DNA from: Candidatus Omnitrophota bacterium
GTDB taxonomy: Bacteria; Omnitrophota; Gorgyraeia; Zapsychrales; Fredricksoniimonadaceae
Assembly (NCBI GenBank): GCA_903944345.1
Contig: CAJARJ010000014.1
Coordinates: forward strand, 64,990 to 128,989
DNA length: 64,000 nt
Direction: 5' to 3'
Made by a program: the position numbers and the translations under genes. Position 1 is the stretch's first letter; every line of letters starts with the position of its first letter. Below, in pieces: positions 8,833 to 18,421 of the stretch. The notes under the pieces are model-generated. The model did no database searches. It had not been told where the DNA came from and worked only from the letters and a program-made list of their open reading frames with translations.

Positions 8833-10146
8833 TCAGTCCAGGCGTTCACGCAAATATTCTTTGACCTGGTCGAGCGAAACACGTTCCTGCGCCATCGTAT
8901 CGCGCGAACGCACCGTGACCTGCTGATCCTCGAGTGACTGAACATCAACCGTAATACAAAATGGCGTTCCGATCTCGTCCTGGCGGCGATACAGTTTACC
9001 GATGGCCCCAGTGTCGTCGTAAACACAATTCCATTGTTTCTGCAATCCGGTCTTGAGTTCTTTGGCAATCCGGACCAACTCGGAGTTTTTCTTGAGCAAA
9101 GGAAACACGGCCACCTTGACGGGAGCCAGTCTGGGATGAAACTTGAGAACCACCCGCACATCGTCCTTGACCTGTTCCTCGTTATACGCATCAACCAGAA
9201 AGGCCAGTGTCCCGCGGTCACAGCCGCCGGAAGGCTCAATCACATAAGGATAAAACTTTTCGTTGGTGACCGGATCCCGGTACATAAGATCTTTGCCCGA
9301 GAACTGCGCATGCTGCTTGAGATCGTAATCGGTACGGTTGGCAATGCCTTCAAGTTCCGACCAGCCAAACGGGAACAGATACTCGATATCGGTACAGCCT
9401 GCGGCATAATGTGCCAGCTCGTCATGGGCATGAGGGCGAAGACGCAACTTGTCTTTGGTCATCCCCAAACTGAGATACCATTGCAGACGGGTTTCGATCC
9501 AATGCTCGTAGCGTTCTCCGGCCTGTTCGGGACGGCAAAAATATTCGATCTCCATCTGCTCAAATTCGCGGGTCCGGAAAGTAAAGTTTCCCGGAGTGAT
9601 TTCGTTACGAAAAGATTTACCGATCTGGCCGATACCAAAAGGCAGCTTGCGATGGGACGAATCCATGACATTGGCAAAGTTGACAAAAATACCCTGAGCG
9701 GTTTCAGGGCGCATGTAGACCGTGGAACTGGAGTCTTCCATGGCTCCGAGAGCTGTCCGGAGCATAAGATTGAAAGCTCGCGCTTCGGTAAAAGAAGTGC
9801 CGCCGCACCCCGGGCATTTGCCGTTCTCGATATGATCCGCACGCAAACGGCGGCCACATTTTGTATTCTTGCAATCCACCAGCATATCGGCAAAATTGGC
9901 GGTGTGGCCCGAGGCCTCCCAGGTTTTGGGATGCATCAGAATAGAAGCGTCCAGGCCGACCATGTCGTCACGATCCTGAACCATGGCCTTCCACCAGGCC
10001 GACTTGATATTGCGTTTGAGTTCCGAACCGACCGGACCATAGTCCCAGGCGCCGTTAAGGCCGCCATAAATCTCGGAGGAAGGGAAAATAAAACCACGCC
10101 GTTTACAGAGAGAAACAACTTTATCCATCAGTTCGGGAGTTTTCAT
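8833..10146 (-). CDS. glyQS: Glycine--tRNA ligase, alpha2 (homodimeric) type
   Basis: LCKRRGF, YMRPETAQGIF, SFRNEITP, FRTREFEQME, ELEGIANR, IGKLYRRQDEIGTP. Confidence 0.96.
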   Translation of the reverse strand: MKTPELMDKVVSLCKRRGFIFPSSEIYGGLNGAWDYGPVGSELKRNIKSAWWKAMVQDRDDMVGLDASILMHPKTWEASGHTANFADMLVDCKNTKCGRRLRADHIENGKCPGCGGTSFTEARAFNLMLRTALGAMEDSSSTVYMRPETAQGIFVNFANVMDSSHRKLPFGIGQIGKSFRNEITPGNFTFRTREFEQMEIEYFCRPEQAGERYEHWIETRLQWYLSLGMTKDKLRLRPHAHDELAHYAAGCTDIEYLFPFGWSELEGIANRTDYDLKQHAQFSGKDLMYRDPVTNEKFYPYVIEPSGGCDRGTLAFLVDAYNEEQVKDDVRVVLKFHPRLAPVKVAVFPLLKKNSELVRIAKELKTGLQKQWNCVYDDTGAIGKLYRRQDEIGTPFCITVDVQSLEDQQVTVRSRDTMAQERVSLDQVKEYLRERLD

Positions 10147-10216
10147 AATTCCGGGTATTGTAACAAAGGTTGTTGTTTTTTCAAGAGGGATGTCGAAATA
10201 TCTCACAAAACAGGTC

Positions 10217-11014
10217 TTACCGGTAGGTCTGCTCCGGCCCCGGAAAAACGGCACTGTGAACATCTTTTGTGTAAGCCTGCACTGCGGCAACCGTCGCCTC
10301 TCCGAGCGCGGCATACGGCTTGACGAAACGCGGAAGTTTTCCGGCATTCAGGCCCAGCATGTCATTGGTCACCAGAACCTGCCCGTCGCAAAAACGCCCC
10401 GCGCCGATCCCGATAGACGGTATTCGCAAAACAGCTGTAATGCGTTGCGCCAGTGATTCGGGCACACACTCCAGCACCACAGCAAAGCAACCGGACTGCT
10501 CCAGCTCAAGTGACTGCCGGACAATCCCCTCGGCTTCCTGCTGCGTCCGCCCCCGGACATTAAAATTCTGCGCGGTCTGGGGCGTCAGGCCCACATGCCC
10601 CATCACCTTAATCCCGCCATCACACAAAAGACGCACGACCTGAGGACAACGGGAAAACCATTCGACCTTGACCGCAGCACACCCAAGGTCGATAAACTTC
10701 CGGGCATTGAGCAAAGCATCCGAGCCTTCAGGCTGGTAGGCGTCAAAAGGCATGTCAACAATAACCGGAGTATCCTTTGCTCCCCGCAAAACGGCCGCGG
10801 CATGATGCAGCATGATATCCATCCCCACCTGGGTGGTTGAAGCAAGCCCCAGCTCGACGTTGGCCAGCGAATCTCCGACAAGAATAAGATCCACTCCGGC
10901 ACGGCTGAGCCACACCGCTGTGGGATAATCGGCGGCGGTCAGCATGGCAAAGGGCGGACTGAGCTGTCGCTCGAGAAAAATGCTTTTATCAGACAACGGA
11001 TGATTGGACAACAC
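10217..11014 (-). CDS. panB: 3-methyl-2-oxobutanoate hydroxymethyltransferase
   Basis: DLILVGDSL, DMPF, AVKVE, MGHVGLTPQ, IGIGAG..CDGQVLV. Confidence 0.93.
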   Translation of the reverse strand: MLSNHPLSDKSIFLERQLSPPFAMLTAADYPTAVWLSRAGVDLILVGDSLANVELGLASTTQVGMDIMLHHAAAVLRGAKDTPVIVDMPFDAYQPEGSDALLNARKFIDLGCAAVKVEWFSRCPQVVRLLCDGGIKVMGHVGLTPQTAQNFNVRGRTQQEAEGIVRQSLELEQSGCFAVVLECVPESLAQRITAVLRIPSIGIGAGRFCDGQVLVTNDMLGLNAGKLPRFVKPYAALGEATVAAVQAYTKDVHSAVFPGPEQTYR

Positions 11015-11019
11015 CGGAA

Positions 11020-11442
11020 CTACTCCTCCCAGGCGATATTTTCCGGACTGGCAACCTCGGCCCCCGAGGAAGCCGCAGGCTCGTCATTCGATCTTTGATA
11101 ATTGCCCCCCGCGTCTTCAGCGCGTTTGGGCATAAAATGAACGTTATTGGCCACAATACGAACTTTGCTCTGAGTCTTACCGTCTTTCTCCCAGCGGTCC
11201 TGACGCAAGCGTCCTTCGACGATAATCCCGCTGCCTTTTTTAAGATATTTGGCACAATTTTCCGCAACCGCCCCCCAGACCTCGACATCAAAGTAGGAAA
11301 CCTCGGAAGCCCGCTCGCCATTCTTTGTAAAAATACGGTTACTGGCAATTGACAAAGAGCAAACACCCTTGCCGGACTGGGCGTAACGTAACTCGGGATC
11401 ACGGGTAAGATTGCCCATGATATTGACACTGTTAAGACTCAT
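11020..11442 (-). CDS. ssb: Single-stranded DNA-binding protein
   Basis: LNSVNIMGNLTRDPELRY, YLKKGSGIIVEGRL, WEKDG. Confidence 0.95.
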   Translation of the reverse strand: MSLNSVNIMGNLTRDPELRYAQSGKGVCSLSIASNRIFTKNGERASEVSYFDVEVWGAVAENCAKYLKKGSGIIVEGRLRQDRWEKDGKTQSKVRIVANNVHFMPKRAEDAGGNYQRSNDEPAASSGAEVASPENIAWEE

Positions 11443-11482
11443 GATCGATTCCTTTCATTTTGTATTGAACATAAAAGCCATG

Positions 11483-11613
11483 AGGGCGGACACAAGATCC
11501 GCCCTGACGACTGTCTAAAAGCTTCTGCAGGCAGGACGGCTGCCAGTCGCTCAAACAGAGCTCGCGCGCTTCGCGGCTCGCAAACTCGCTTGGTGGCAGC
11601 TGCCCTGCCTGCA
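11483..11613. repeat. Two inverted repeats upstream of ssb (8-bp hairpin plus an ~88-nt long hairpin)
   Basis: AGGGCGGA/TCCGCCCT (11483-11505); TGCAGGCAGGACGGCTGCCA...TGGCAGCTGCCCTGCCTGCA (11526-11613). Confidence 0.8.
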
Positions 11614-11625
11614 TACGATCAAACC

Positions 11626-14600
11626 TTACCGACGCAGCAATCGCACCGGAGCGGACGGCGTCACACGAACAACATTGGACCAGGGTCCGGCTCCCTGCAC
11701 ACTCATCGCCCGCACCCGGAACTGATAAGCCTTGCCCGGCATAAGCCCCGCAATAACCGTTCCCGGACGGGCATCGTCCAGCCACAACTGATCCCATGTA
11801 TTCCCTTGCACTGCGCCAAACTGCACCTGGTAAGCTGTGAATACAGATACACTGTCCGGAGCCGACCAGCTCAGGGCCACCGCGCCAGGCCTGGCGCTCG
11901 CGCTCAAATTATGAATATACCCCGGACGTTCGGCTTCCTTTTTGAGCAGAGACTGCAAGGCCTGATATGGCTTGTGATAAATGTCAGTTGCATAGCGTGA
12001 TGCCTTGCGCAAGAGAGTCTCCAGCGTATCCGCACCAGGATCCGGTTCGGTGTCATCATACAAGGAGTGTGCGAAAAGCCCCCACTCTGAGGATGAGTCA
12101 TGCACCTTGTGCGACCATACCGCCCAGTGCCAGCCCCGGGCATTGAACGTGTTCACCAGGAGATTCCAAATCCTGGCCTCGCCAAAACCGTTAAACTCGC
12201 CAATCAAGACCGGCACATTGTAACTGGCCTGACGGGAATTTCGCACCTTGTCATTCAGATACTCCTGATGCTGCTCATATGTCATTGTTCCGTTAATATT
12301 CCCGCTATCATCATAAGTAAAACCGTAATAATGATGCTGATACATAACATTCTGCCAGCCGAAAGCCGCAGGAGAAGGAAGAGTTTCCCAATCCCGAGGG
12401 GAAGGAATGCCTTCCAGAACAATCAGATGCTGAGTGTCCCCGGCCCCGCCGGAAGACTGGGCAGAACGGATGGCTTTGTAAAGACGATCATACAAGGACC
12501 ACAAAGCCCGATAGCCATCCTCTTTAACCGGATAATATTCCGGCGTCACCGCTCCAAAAGGCTCGTTGATCAGATCGTAACCGAGCACAGTGGTATTACT
12601 CCGGTAACGACGCGCCAGAGCTGTCCACAACTCGACAGTCCTTTGACGGAAAATATCATTAGCGGGATCAAACAAACGATTCACATCCTTGCGTCCGGAA
12701 TGAAACTCGCGGCTCTGGTATCCCGGCGCGCCGTGAAGATCCAGCAGAACATAAAGTCCACGATCGGCGCAGAACTTGATCACGCGATCAATATACTCGA
12801 AACGGAAAGAGGATGTTGTCCATTTGCCATTATCATCCAGCGGACGAATATCCTGGACATTAATCGGCAAACGCACCAGATTAAATCCGTTGCGCATAAA
12901 AGAATCAAAGTCCGATTCCTGCACATAAGCAGCCCGGTAGGTCTTCAGAAATGAATCCAGTCCTGACTGGCCAAACCGAGTTTTGATACTGCCGCGAATG
13001 GAATAATCATCAGGATAACTGGTGGTCAAGGGACTGTTGCTGCCAAACAGCATCCAGGGCTCCATAAGCAGATAATTGCCCAGGTTGACTCCACGCAGTT
13101 TCAGCAAACGGCCGCTCCCCTTTTTCTGGCGCAGGGCAGTTCCCTCCGCCGTCACAAAAGCGGAACGATCATATAACAAGGCCGGACTCCAATCGCCATA
13201 AGCCGTTGGCGCTCCAGTATTATTCTTCTGCAGCCCGCGCACCTGATACCAGTACCCGGGACGAGCGGACAGCGGAGTCACCTGAAAAGGCCCCTCGTAA
13301 ATCGTTGTCCACGGACCAAACCGGTCCGGAGCAGACTGCACCTGGTAAAAAGGCGCCTGGGCAATAAAGCTCCATTCCACACTGCCGGCATCCAGACGAT
13401 CTTTGGCAATCAGCACAGGACGGGGAAAATAACGTACCGCTTCGCTCCAGTCCGAAACATAAGCCACAGTCCCTCGCTGAGAATTCGCATCCGATTCCCA
13501 GCGCACACGAAACCAGGCCGGAGACAGGCTATCTGTCTGAAAAAGACTTTCGGAACCGTTATAAACCTGGAGCCAGGGGCCGCGGGCACTCTTGTCACTG
13601 CGTTCAACCACGTACCGCACTGCTCCAGGAACTTCATTCCAGGTTACCATCCCGCTGGAAAGATAACCCTCGTCTATCCGTAACGCGGAATACTTGACCA
13701 CCCGGATATCGTCAAAAAAATAGGTTCCCGGCCAGTAAAGACCAAATTCGATCTTGTCCAGATCCTGAAAATTGAAAGCCGTCGGCAAAAGATTTAAAGA
13801 AATCCCGAAACGTGTCCATTCGTTGTACGCACCACGCCGGTTCGTCCACAGCTCGCAACCTGACCCTGCCGAACAGCTGTCATGATCAAAAAAGACCGCC
13901 TGGATATTATTATCCAGACCGTTTTGCCCCAGCTGTTTGACACTCAAAGCCAGTGTTGCATAAAGTGAAGAATGCATCCCGCGGGGCAATAGCGCCACAT
14001 TCCAGATGTCCTGCACCTGTCCGGCATCGGTGAAATTCTTGCCCTGGTACTTGATCCCGGTGCCAGCCCAGTTCGGCAGGACATTGCTGGCCTTTAACTG
14101 CCAGGACAATGCGCCTTGAACAGGCAGCGAGCCGGTCAGAGCTGCAGAACCATTCCAGGCCCAGCCGTATTCGGCAGGGTCGGGAACCGCTATCCCGGCA
14201 CGTTTTTCGAAAGTCTGATAAACCCGGTCAGCGCTGGTTATCACAATATCATCAAAATAAAACGTTCCCGCTCCCTGGACGTATATTTCAATCTTGTCGA
14301 TATCATCCAGATCAAATCCTTCCGGCAGCTGGGTAAAAAGCACATCCATAACACTCCAGGCGCCGGCAGCAGCCTGATTAAGAACGGTGACGGTCGCCCC
14401 GTCACGACCGGAGGCCGGATCCCAGACATAATTGCCATGGTCGAAGAACTTCACTTTGACTGTCTGGGGAGAACTGATCTGCGGACGTGCCAGCAGGCGA
14501 AATGAGAGCCGGTCATGCCGGTGCGCTTCAGCCTTCAGATGCCACTGCTCGACACGCGCCTTGACCGCTGTCCCTCCGGCCCAGGGAGCCAAAGAAGACG

Positions 14601-16128
14601 GAACCGTCATTTTCCAGGAATAAACTCCGGCAGATTTGCGTTCGGTTGTCCTGGACACCGTGACACCCTGCGAAGCATTGATCGCCCAACCGTATTCGTC
14701 TCCGGTTCCGTTATTATCTTCGAAGTCCTGATAAATCTTGCCATGAGTCAGGCTGTCTACCATGGCCCGAACCTCGGCTGCAGACAAAGCCCGGTTATAA
14801 ACACGCACCTCATCCAGACGCCCGGCAAAACTTCCCCCTCCAAACAGAGAACGACCAATCGTCAGCGTCCCTGCTGTAGCGGGCGTAAAAGCTCCGGTGT
14901 TTTCTTCCAGAATCGGTGTCCCGTCCAGATACAACACCGCACGTCCACTACTGCGGCTGTAGGTTGCGGCCAGATGATGCCATTGATTCAGCGCGGGATT
15001 AGCCACAGAAAGCACATGAGTACCCGAAGCTCCGGCAATATCTACAAGATTAATCCCCGTACCCAAAGAGTTCCACTGGCTGCCCGCAGCGTACGTACGC
15101 ATATGCACTCCGGAGACAGACACATTGCCCCACTCCAGCAAAGACCCTTCATCAGCCCTTTCCGACAAAAACCAGAGCGCGACAGTCAGATCCCCGTCAA
15201 CATTTAAAGACGGATCGTTTCTGACCAAAAGATAATCGTCAAAGCCGTCAAAACGAAAACCCGCACCGACCCGTCCATCCGCAGTAGGGGCGGCACCATT
15301 TTTGACGCTGGCATCGTTACCCAGTCCGCTCTGATCTTTAACCACCTCTGCATCATTACTATCGAAAGAATAATGCAGAACAAGTCCGTCACCACGCCCC
15401 TGATGAAGCCGCTTGACCTCAGCCGGAGACAAGGGCCGATTATAAACGCGCACCTCGTCGATCAGTCCGCGCCAGAAACGATTCGGTTCCGTGGAATAAC
15501 CATTGCCGATAGCCACATTGGCCAAAGCAAGCGTGGTCTGTTTGTACTCCCCGGCGGTCAGGGGCAGATCGGGATGGACTTTTGAAGAAGGATCGGGGTG
15601 AGGGTTGCGAAACCGCAATTTTCCGTCGAGATAACCATAAACATATTTGTCGTCCCAGATATAAACCACATGATACCAGCGCGAAGGCTCCATGGTTTTC
15701 ATGAGCATATCGCCGCGCCCCAGACCGTGACCGCCTCCGGAGAATTCACCCGAAGCCGAAGATTCAAAACGGATATTATCGTCCCAGCTGGCAAAATCGG
15801 TGGAGAAAGGATTCCGGTAGTTTTCAAGCGCCGCGGCGTTCATCCAGAAAGAGATGGTGCCTGCGGACTGATAACCAAGGTTCCCGGCAAGAATATAATC
15901 GTCCTGGCCGTCAAAAGAATACGCCCCTGCGAATTTCCCGGCTGAACTGAAAACCGCTCCATTAACCTGGCCGTCATGCCCCGCCCCGCTCAGGTCTGGA
16001 ATAGTTGATCCGGTATTAGTGTCAAACGAGTACTGAAGAATAAGCCCGTCACGCAGGCTGTCCGCCAATGACACGGATACGGCCAGAAAAGAAAAAAGCA
16101 CGACCAGAAAAAGGTTTTTGAACAACAT
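11626..16128 (-). CDS. Secreted multidomain glycoside hydrolase: 2x LamG, 2x CBM-like, FN3-like repeats, GH5 catalytic domain, C-terminal FN3
   Basis: Signal peptide; LamG motifs GLIDEVRVYNRPLS and GRLDEVRVYNRALS; GH5 motifs GVNLGNYLLMEPWM, VRLP, LLDLHGAPG, INEP (acid/base), HYY, IGEF (nucleophile); YQFRVRAMSVQGAGPWS. Confidence 0.85.
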   Translation of the reverse strand: MLFKNLFLVVLFSFLAVSVSLADSLRDGLILQYSFDTNTGSTIPDLSGAGHDGQVNGAVFSSAGKFAGAYSFDGQDDYILAGNLGYQSAGTISFWMNAAALENYRNPFSTDFASWDDNIRFESSASGEFSGGGHGLGRGDMLMKTMEPSRWYHVVYIWDDKYVYGYLDGKLRFRNPHPDPSSKVHPDLPLTAGEYKQTTLALANVAIGNGYSTEPNRFWRGLIDEVRVYNRPLSPAEVKRLHQGRGDGLVLHYSFDSNDAEVVKDQSGLGNDASVKNGAAPTADGRVGAGFRFDGFDDYLLVRNDPSLNVDGDLTVALWFLSERADEGSLLEWGNVSVSGVHMRTYAAGSQWNSLGTGINLVDIAGASGTHVLSVANPALNQWHHLAATYSRSSGRAVLYLDGTPILEENTGAFTPATAGTLTIGRSLFGGGSFAGRLDEVRVYNRALSAAEVRAMVDSLTHGKIYQDFEDNNGTGDEYGWAINASQGVTVSRTTERKSAGVYSWKMTVPSSLAPWAGGTAVKARVEQWHLKAEAHRHDRLSFRLLARPQISSPQTVKVKFFDHGNYVWDPASGRDGATVTVLNQAAAGAWSVMDVLFTQLPEGFDLDDIDKIEIYVQGAGTFYFDDIVITSADRVYQTFEKRAGIAVPDPAEYGWAWNGSAALTGSLPVQGALSWQLKASNVLPNWAGTGIKYQGKNFTDAGQVQDIWNVALLPRGMHSSLYATLALSVKQLGQNGLDNNIQAVFFDHDSCSAGSGCELWTNRRGAYNEWTRFGISLNLLPTAFNFQDLDKIEFGLYWPGTYFFDDIRVVKYSALRIDEGYLSSGMVTWNEVPGAVRYVVERSDKSARGPWLQVYNGSESLFQTDSLSPAWFRVRWESDANSQRGTVAYVSDWSEAVRYFPRPVLIAKDRLDAGSVEWSFIAQAPFYQVQSAPDRFGPWTTIYEGPFQVTPLSARPGYWYQVRGLQKNNTGAPTAYGDWSPALLYDRSAFVTAEGTALRQKKGSGRLLKLRGVNLGNYLLMEPWMLFGSNSPLTTSYPDDYSIRGSIKTRFGQSGLDSFLKTYRAAYVQESDFDSFMRNGFNLVRLPINVQDIRPLDDNGKWTTSSFRFEYIDRVIKFCADRGLYVLLDLHGAPGYQSREFHSGRKDVNRLFDPANDIFRQRTVELWTALARRYRSNTTVLGYDLINEPFGAVTPEYYPVKEDGYRALWSLYDRLYKAIRSAQSSGGAGDTQHLIVLEGIPSPRDWETLPSPAAFGWQNVMYQHHYYGFTYDDSGNINGTMTYEQHQEYLNDKVRNSRQASYNVPVLIGEFNGFGEARIWNLLVNTFNARGWHWAVWSHKVHDSSSEWGLFAHSLYDDTEPDPGADTLETLLRKASRYATDIYHKPYQALQSLLKKEAERPGYIHNLSASARPGAVALSWSAPDSVSVFTAYQVQFGAVQGNTWDQLWLDDARPGTVIAGLMPGKAYQFRVRAMSVQGAGPWSNVVRVTPSAPVRLLRR

Positions 16129-16156
16129 AAGGCACCCCCGGATGGATATTTTCCTT

Positions 16157-16185
16157 ATTATAGGGTTGATAGAAAAACAAGGCAA
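16157..16185 (-). promoter_or_regulatory. Sigma70 promoter for the GH5 gene
   Basis: TTGCCT-17 nt-TATAAT, then GGGGGTG RBS. Confidence 0.7.
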
Positions 16186-16233
16186 GAACTAAAAAGAAGG
16201 CTCTGGACGCGCTGGAAACCTGCCCAGGAAGTT

Positions 16234-17586
16234 TCAGACCTCCAGAAATTTCCCGATTTCAGCAGAAGCGTTTCTGGCTGAATTTATTACAGTAGCGATA
16301 TCTGCCGCAGGCGCAAGCAAATGTCCGCAGGCAAAAATACCGTTAACAGCTGTCTCGCACAACGAGCCTGGACGAAGACGAAGAACGCCTTCAATATCCA
16401 TTTCCAGTCCGGGGATGTCGCGTAGAAACATGGTATCCGGATTCCCCCCGAAACAGGTAATAAAAGTATCCAACTCGAGCGAAAAGCGGGCATCCCCCGC
16501 CGCCGCGACCATATTCAGCCTGCCCTGGGGATCAATCTTGTAATCCATACGTTCACACTCCAGAAAACGGATGCAACCGGCGTGATCCTTAACGGCCGAT
16601 ACGGGGCGGACAAAAGTCTGAATTTTTATCCCCTCTTCGGAGGCTTCGCGCAAAGTAGCGGCATCAACTCCGGCATGGGTCTCTGACCCGTTGATGAGAA
16701 CCGTCACACTACGCCCGAGCCGGACCAGAATGCGGGCGGCATCAAACATCTTTTCTCCCTGTCCGGCCAGCACAACCGAACCTCCGACTGCCAACGGTGT
16801 CCGATAACGCTCATCACCGGCTTTCATCCAGTGCCGGAAGCGCAAAAATTCCTCAACCGGAATAATCCCGGCGGCATCCGCACCCTGAGCGAAAAAAGGA
16901 ACAGAAAATCCGGCACCACAAGCCAATAAAAGGGCAGCATAGCCTTTATCCCACAATTCATCCGCGAGCAGTCCGCGACCAAACAAAACGTTGCACTGCA
17001 AATCTATTCCTTCGTCTTTCAGAAATAAAAAGATCCTGTTTAATACCTGCGCCGGCAAACGAAAAGGCGCATACGCATAACCGAGTGATCCTCCCGGCAC
17101 ATGAGAAGCCTCAAACACCGTGACACGAAAACCCTGACGACGAAGGTAAAACGCCGCCGTCAGTCCTGCCGGACCGGATCCGATCACGGCCACCTTCTGA
17201 CGCTGACGTACCGCAGGCGCACGCGGCGCACGCGCGTGATCGCCAATAAAACGCTCAATGGCACGCCAGCTGACGCACTCCGACTTGCGATTGAAAACCT
17301 GGGTTTCAACAAACACTTCCGGACATAAACGACCCGTTACAGCAGGAAGCGGATTGGTTGCCAGCAAAAGTCCGCAGGCAGAAGAAAAATCTCCGGCAGC
17401 GACATGACGCAAAACAGCAAAAATGTCCGTACCCAGAGGACACGGATCTCCCTTCTGAGAGCCAGATCGCTCAAGCAATATTCTGGCATTCTCGCGGGCA
17501 TCCACCCGGGTTAACCCCAGACGAACTTCTTCAAACGAGCGAATACGCCTGGCTGGTGCCAGGATGCGGCATCTTTCCTGCGGCAT
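16234..17586 (-). CDS. NfnB/SudA (GltD-like) flavoprotein, degenerate Fe-S motifs
   Basis: RSFEEV, TNPLPAVTGRLCP, KVAVIGSGPAGLTAA, FRLP, DAAR. Most cluster cysteines are absent. Confidence 0.8.
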   Translation of the reverse strand: MPQERCRILAPARRIRSFEEVRLGLTRVDARENARILLERSGSQKGDPCPLGTDIFAVLRHVAAGDFSSACGLLLATNPLPAVTGRLCPEVFVETQVFNRKSECVSWRAIERFIGDHARAPRAPAVRQRQKVAVIGSGPAGLTAAFYLRRQGFRVTVFEASHVPGGSLGYAYAPFRLPAQVLNRIFLFLKDEGIDLQCNVLFGRGLLADELWDKGYAALLLACGAGFSVPFFAQGADAAGIIPVEEFLRFRHWMKAGDERYRTPLAVGGSVVLAGQGEKMFDAARILVRLGRSVTVLINGSETHAGVDAATLREASEEGIKIQTFVRPVSAVKDHAGCIRFLECERMDYKIDPQGRLNMVAAAGDARFSLELDTFITCFGGNPDTMFLRDIPGLEMDIEGVLRLRPGSLCETAVNGIFACGHLLAPAADIATVINSARNASAEIGKFLEV

Positions 17587-18377
17587 TCGGAATACTCCCT
17601 TGCGCCCGCCAAGAAATCGGCGAGCTGTTTGACATCAATCCGGTCCGCGCGGACCACCAGTCCACTGACCGCCGGATAATACTTCTGTTTCCCTGTAACC
17701 AGCGGCACTGTCGGCGAAAAAGATGCCGCGATATCCAGCCACGGCATAAGATGGATATAAAGAGAAGCCTTGTTCGCCAGGCAAACCTGGCGCACATCTT
17801 CAAGCATCCCGGCGCCAACACAGGCATAAACCGTAACACCCGCCTCGGAAGACAAAACCTTGTTTAATGGAGCCAGGACATCTCCGCGACGCTCGTGCGT
17901 GCCATCTTTGTACATCACAAAAAATTTTGAACAATTCAGCCGGATCTGACTTTCCAGCAAAGCATTGTTGCGCTCTTCAAAACCAACAACACCAATAACC
18001 TTGTTGCCTGCCTGCTTGAGCAGACGGCACATCCCTGCCAGCGGCACCAGCCCCAAATCTTCACCCACACATACCACTGTGCCAGTCTTTTCAGCCAGAA
18101 AAGGTGTACCAAATGGTCCCTGCAACAGGAAAACCGGATCCCCGATCTTCATTGCAGCCAGCAAAGAAGTTTCACTGTCCGCCTCACGAAAAATCAGGGC
18201 CAGACTTTTCCGCCGCCAGTCCACTTCGTATACCACAAGCGGAACCAGCCGGGAGAAACGGTCGGGCATAACTGCCACGAAATGACCAGGCCTGACTTTG
18301 GAGGCAAGGCTGTCAGCCTGGATATCCACCCGGCGAATAACCCGATTCACGTTTTGTTTAGCAATCACCTTGAACAT
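17511..18377 (-). CDS. NfnA/SudB (PyrK-like) FAD/NAD-binding subunit, degenerate
   Basis: MFKVIAKQ, KVRPGHFV, GPFGTP, GTVVCVG, AGNKVIGVVG. The C-terminal [2Fe-2S] motif is absent. Confidence 0.75.
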   Translation of the reverse strand: MFKVIAKQNVNRVIRRVDIQADSLASKVRPGHFVAVMPDRFSRLVPLVVYEVDWRRKSLALIFREADSETSLLAAMKIGDPVFLLQGPFGTPFLAEKTGTVVCVGEDLGLVPLAGMCRLLKQAGNKVIGVVGFEERNNALLESQIRLNCSKFFVMYKDGTHERRGDVLAPLNKVLSSEAGVTVYACVGAGMLEDVRQVCLANKASLYIHLMPWLDIAASFSPTVPLVTGKQKYYPAVSGLVVRADRIDVKQLADFLAGAREYSECRRKDAASWHQPGVFARLKKFVWG

Positions 18378-18421
18378 ATGCCCTTATTATTACGGAAAGC
18401 CGGGGAAAACACAACAGGAAG

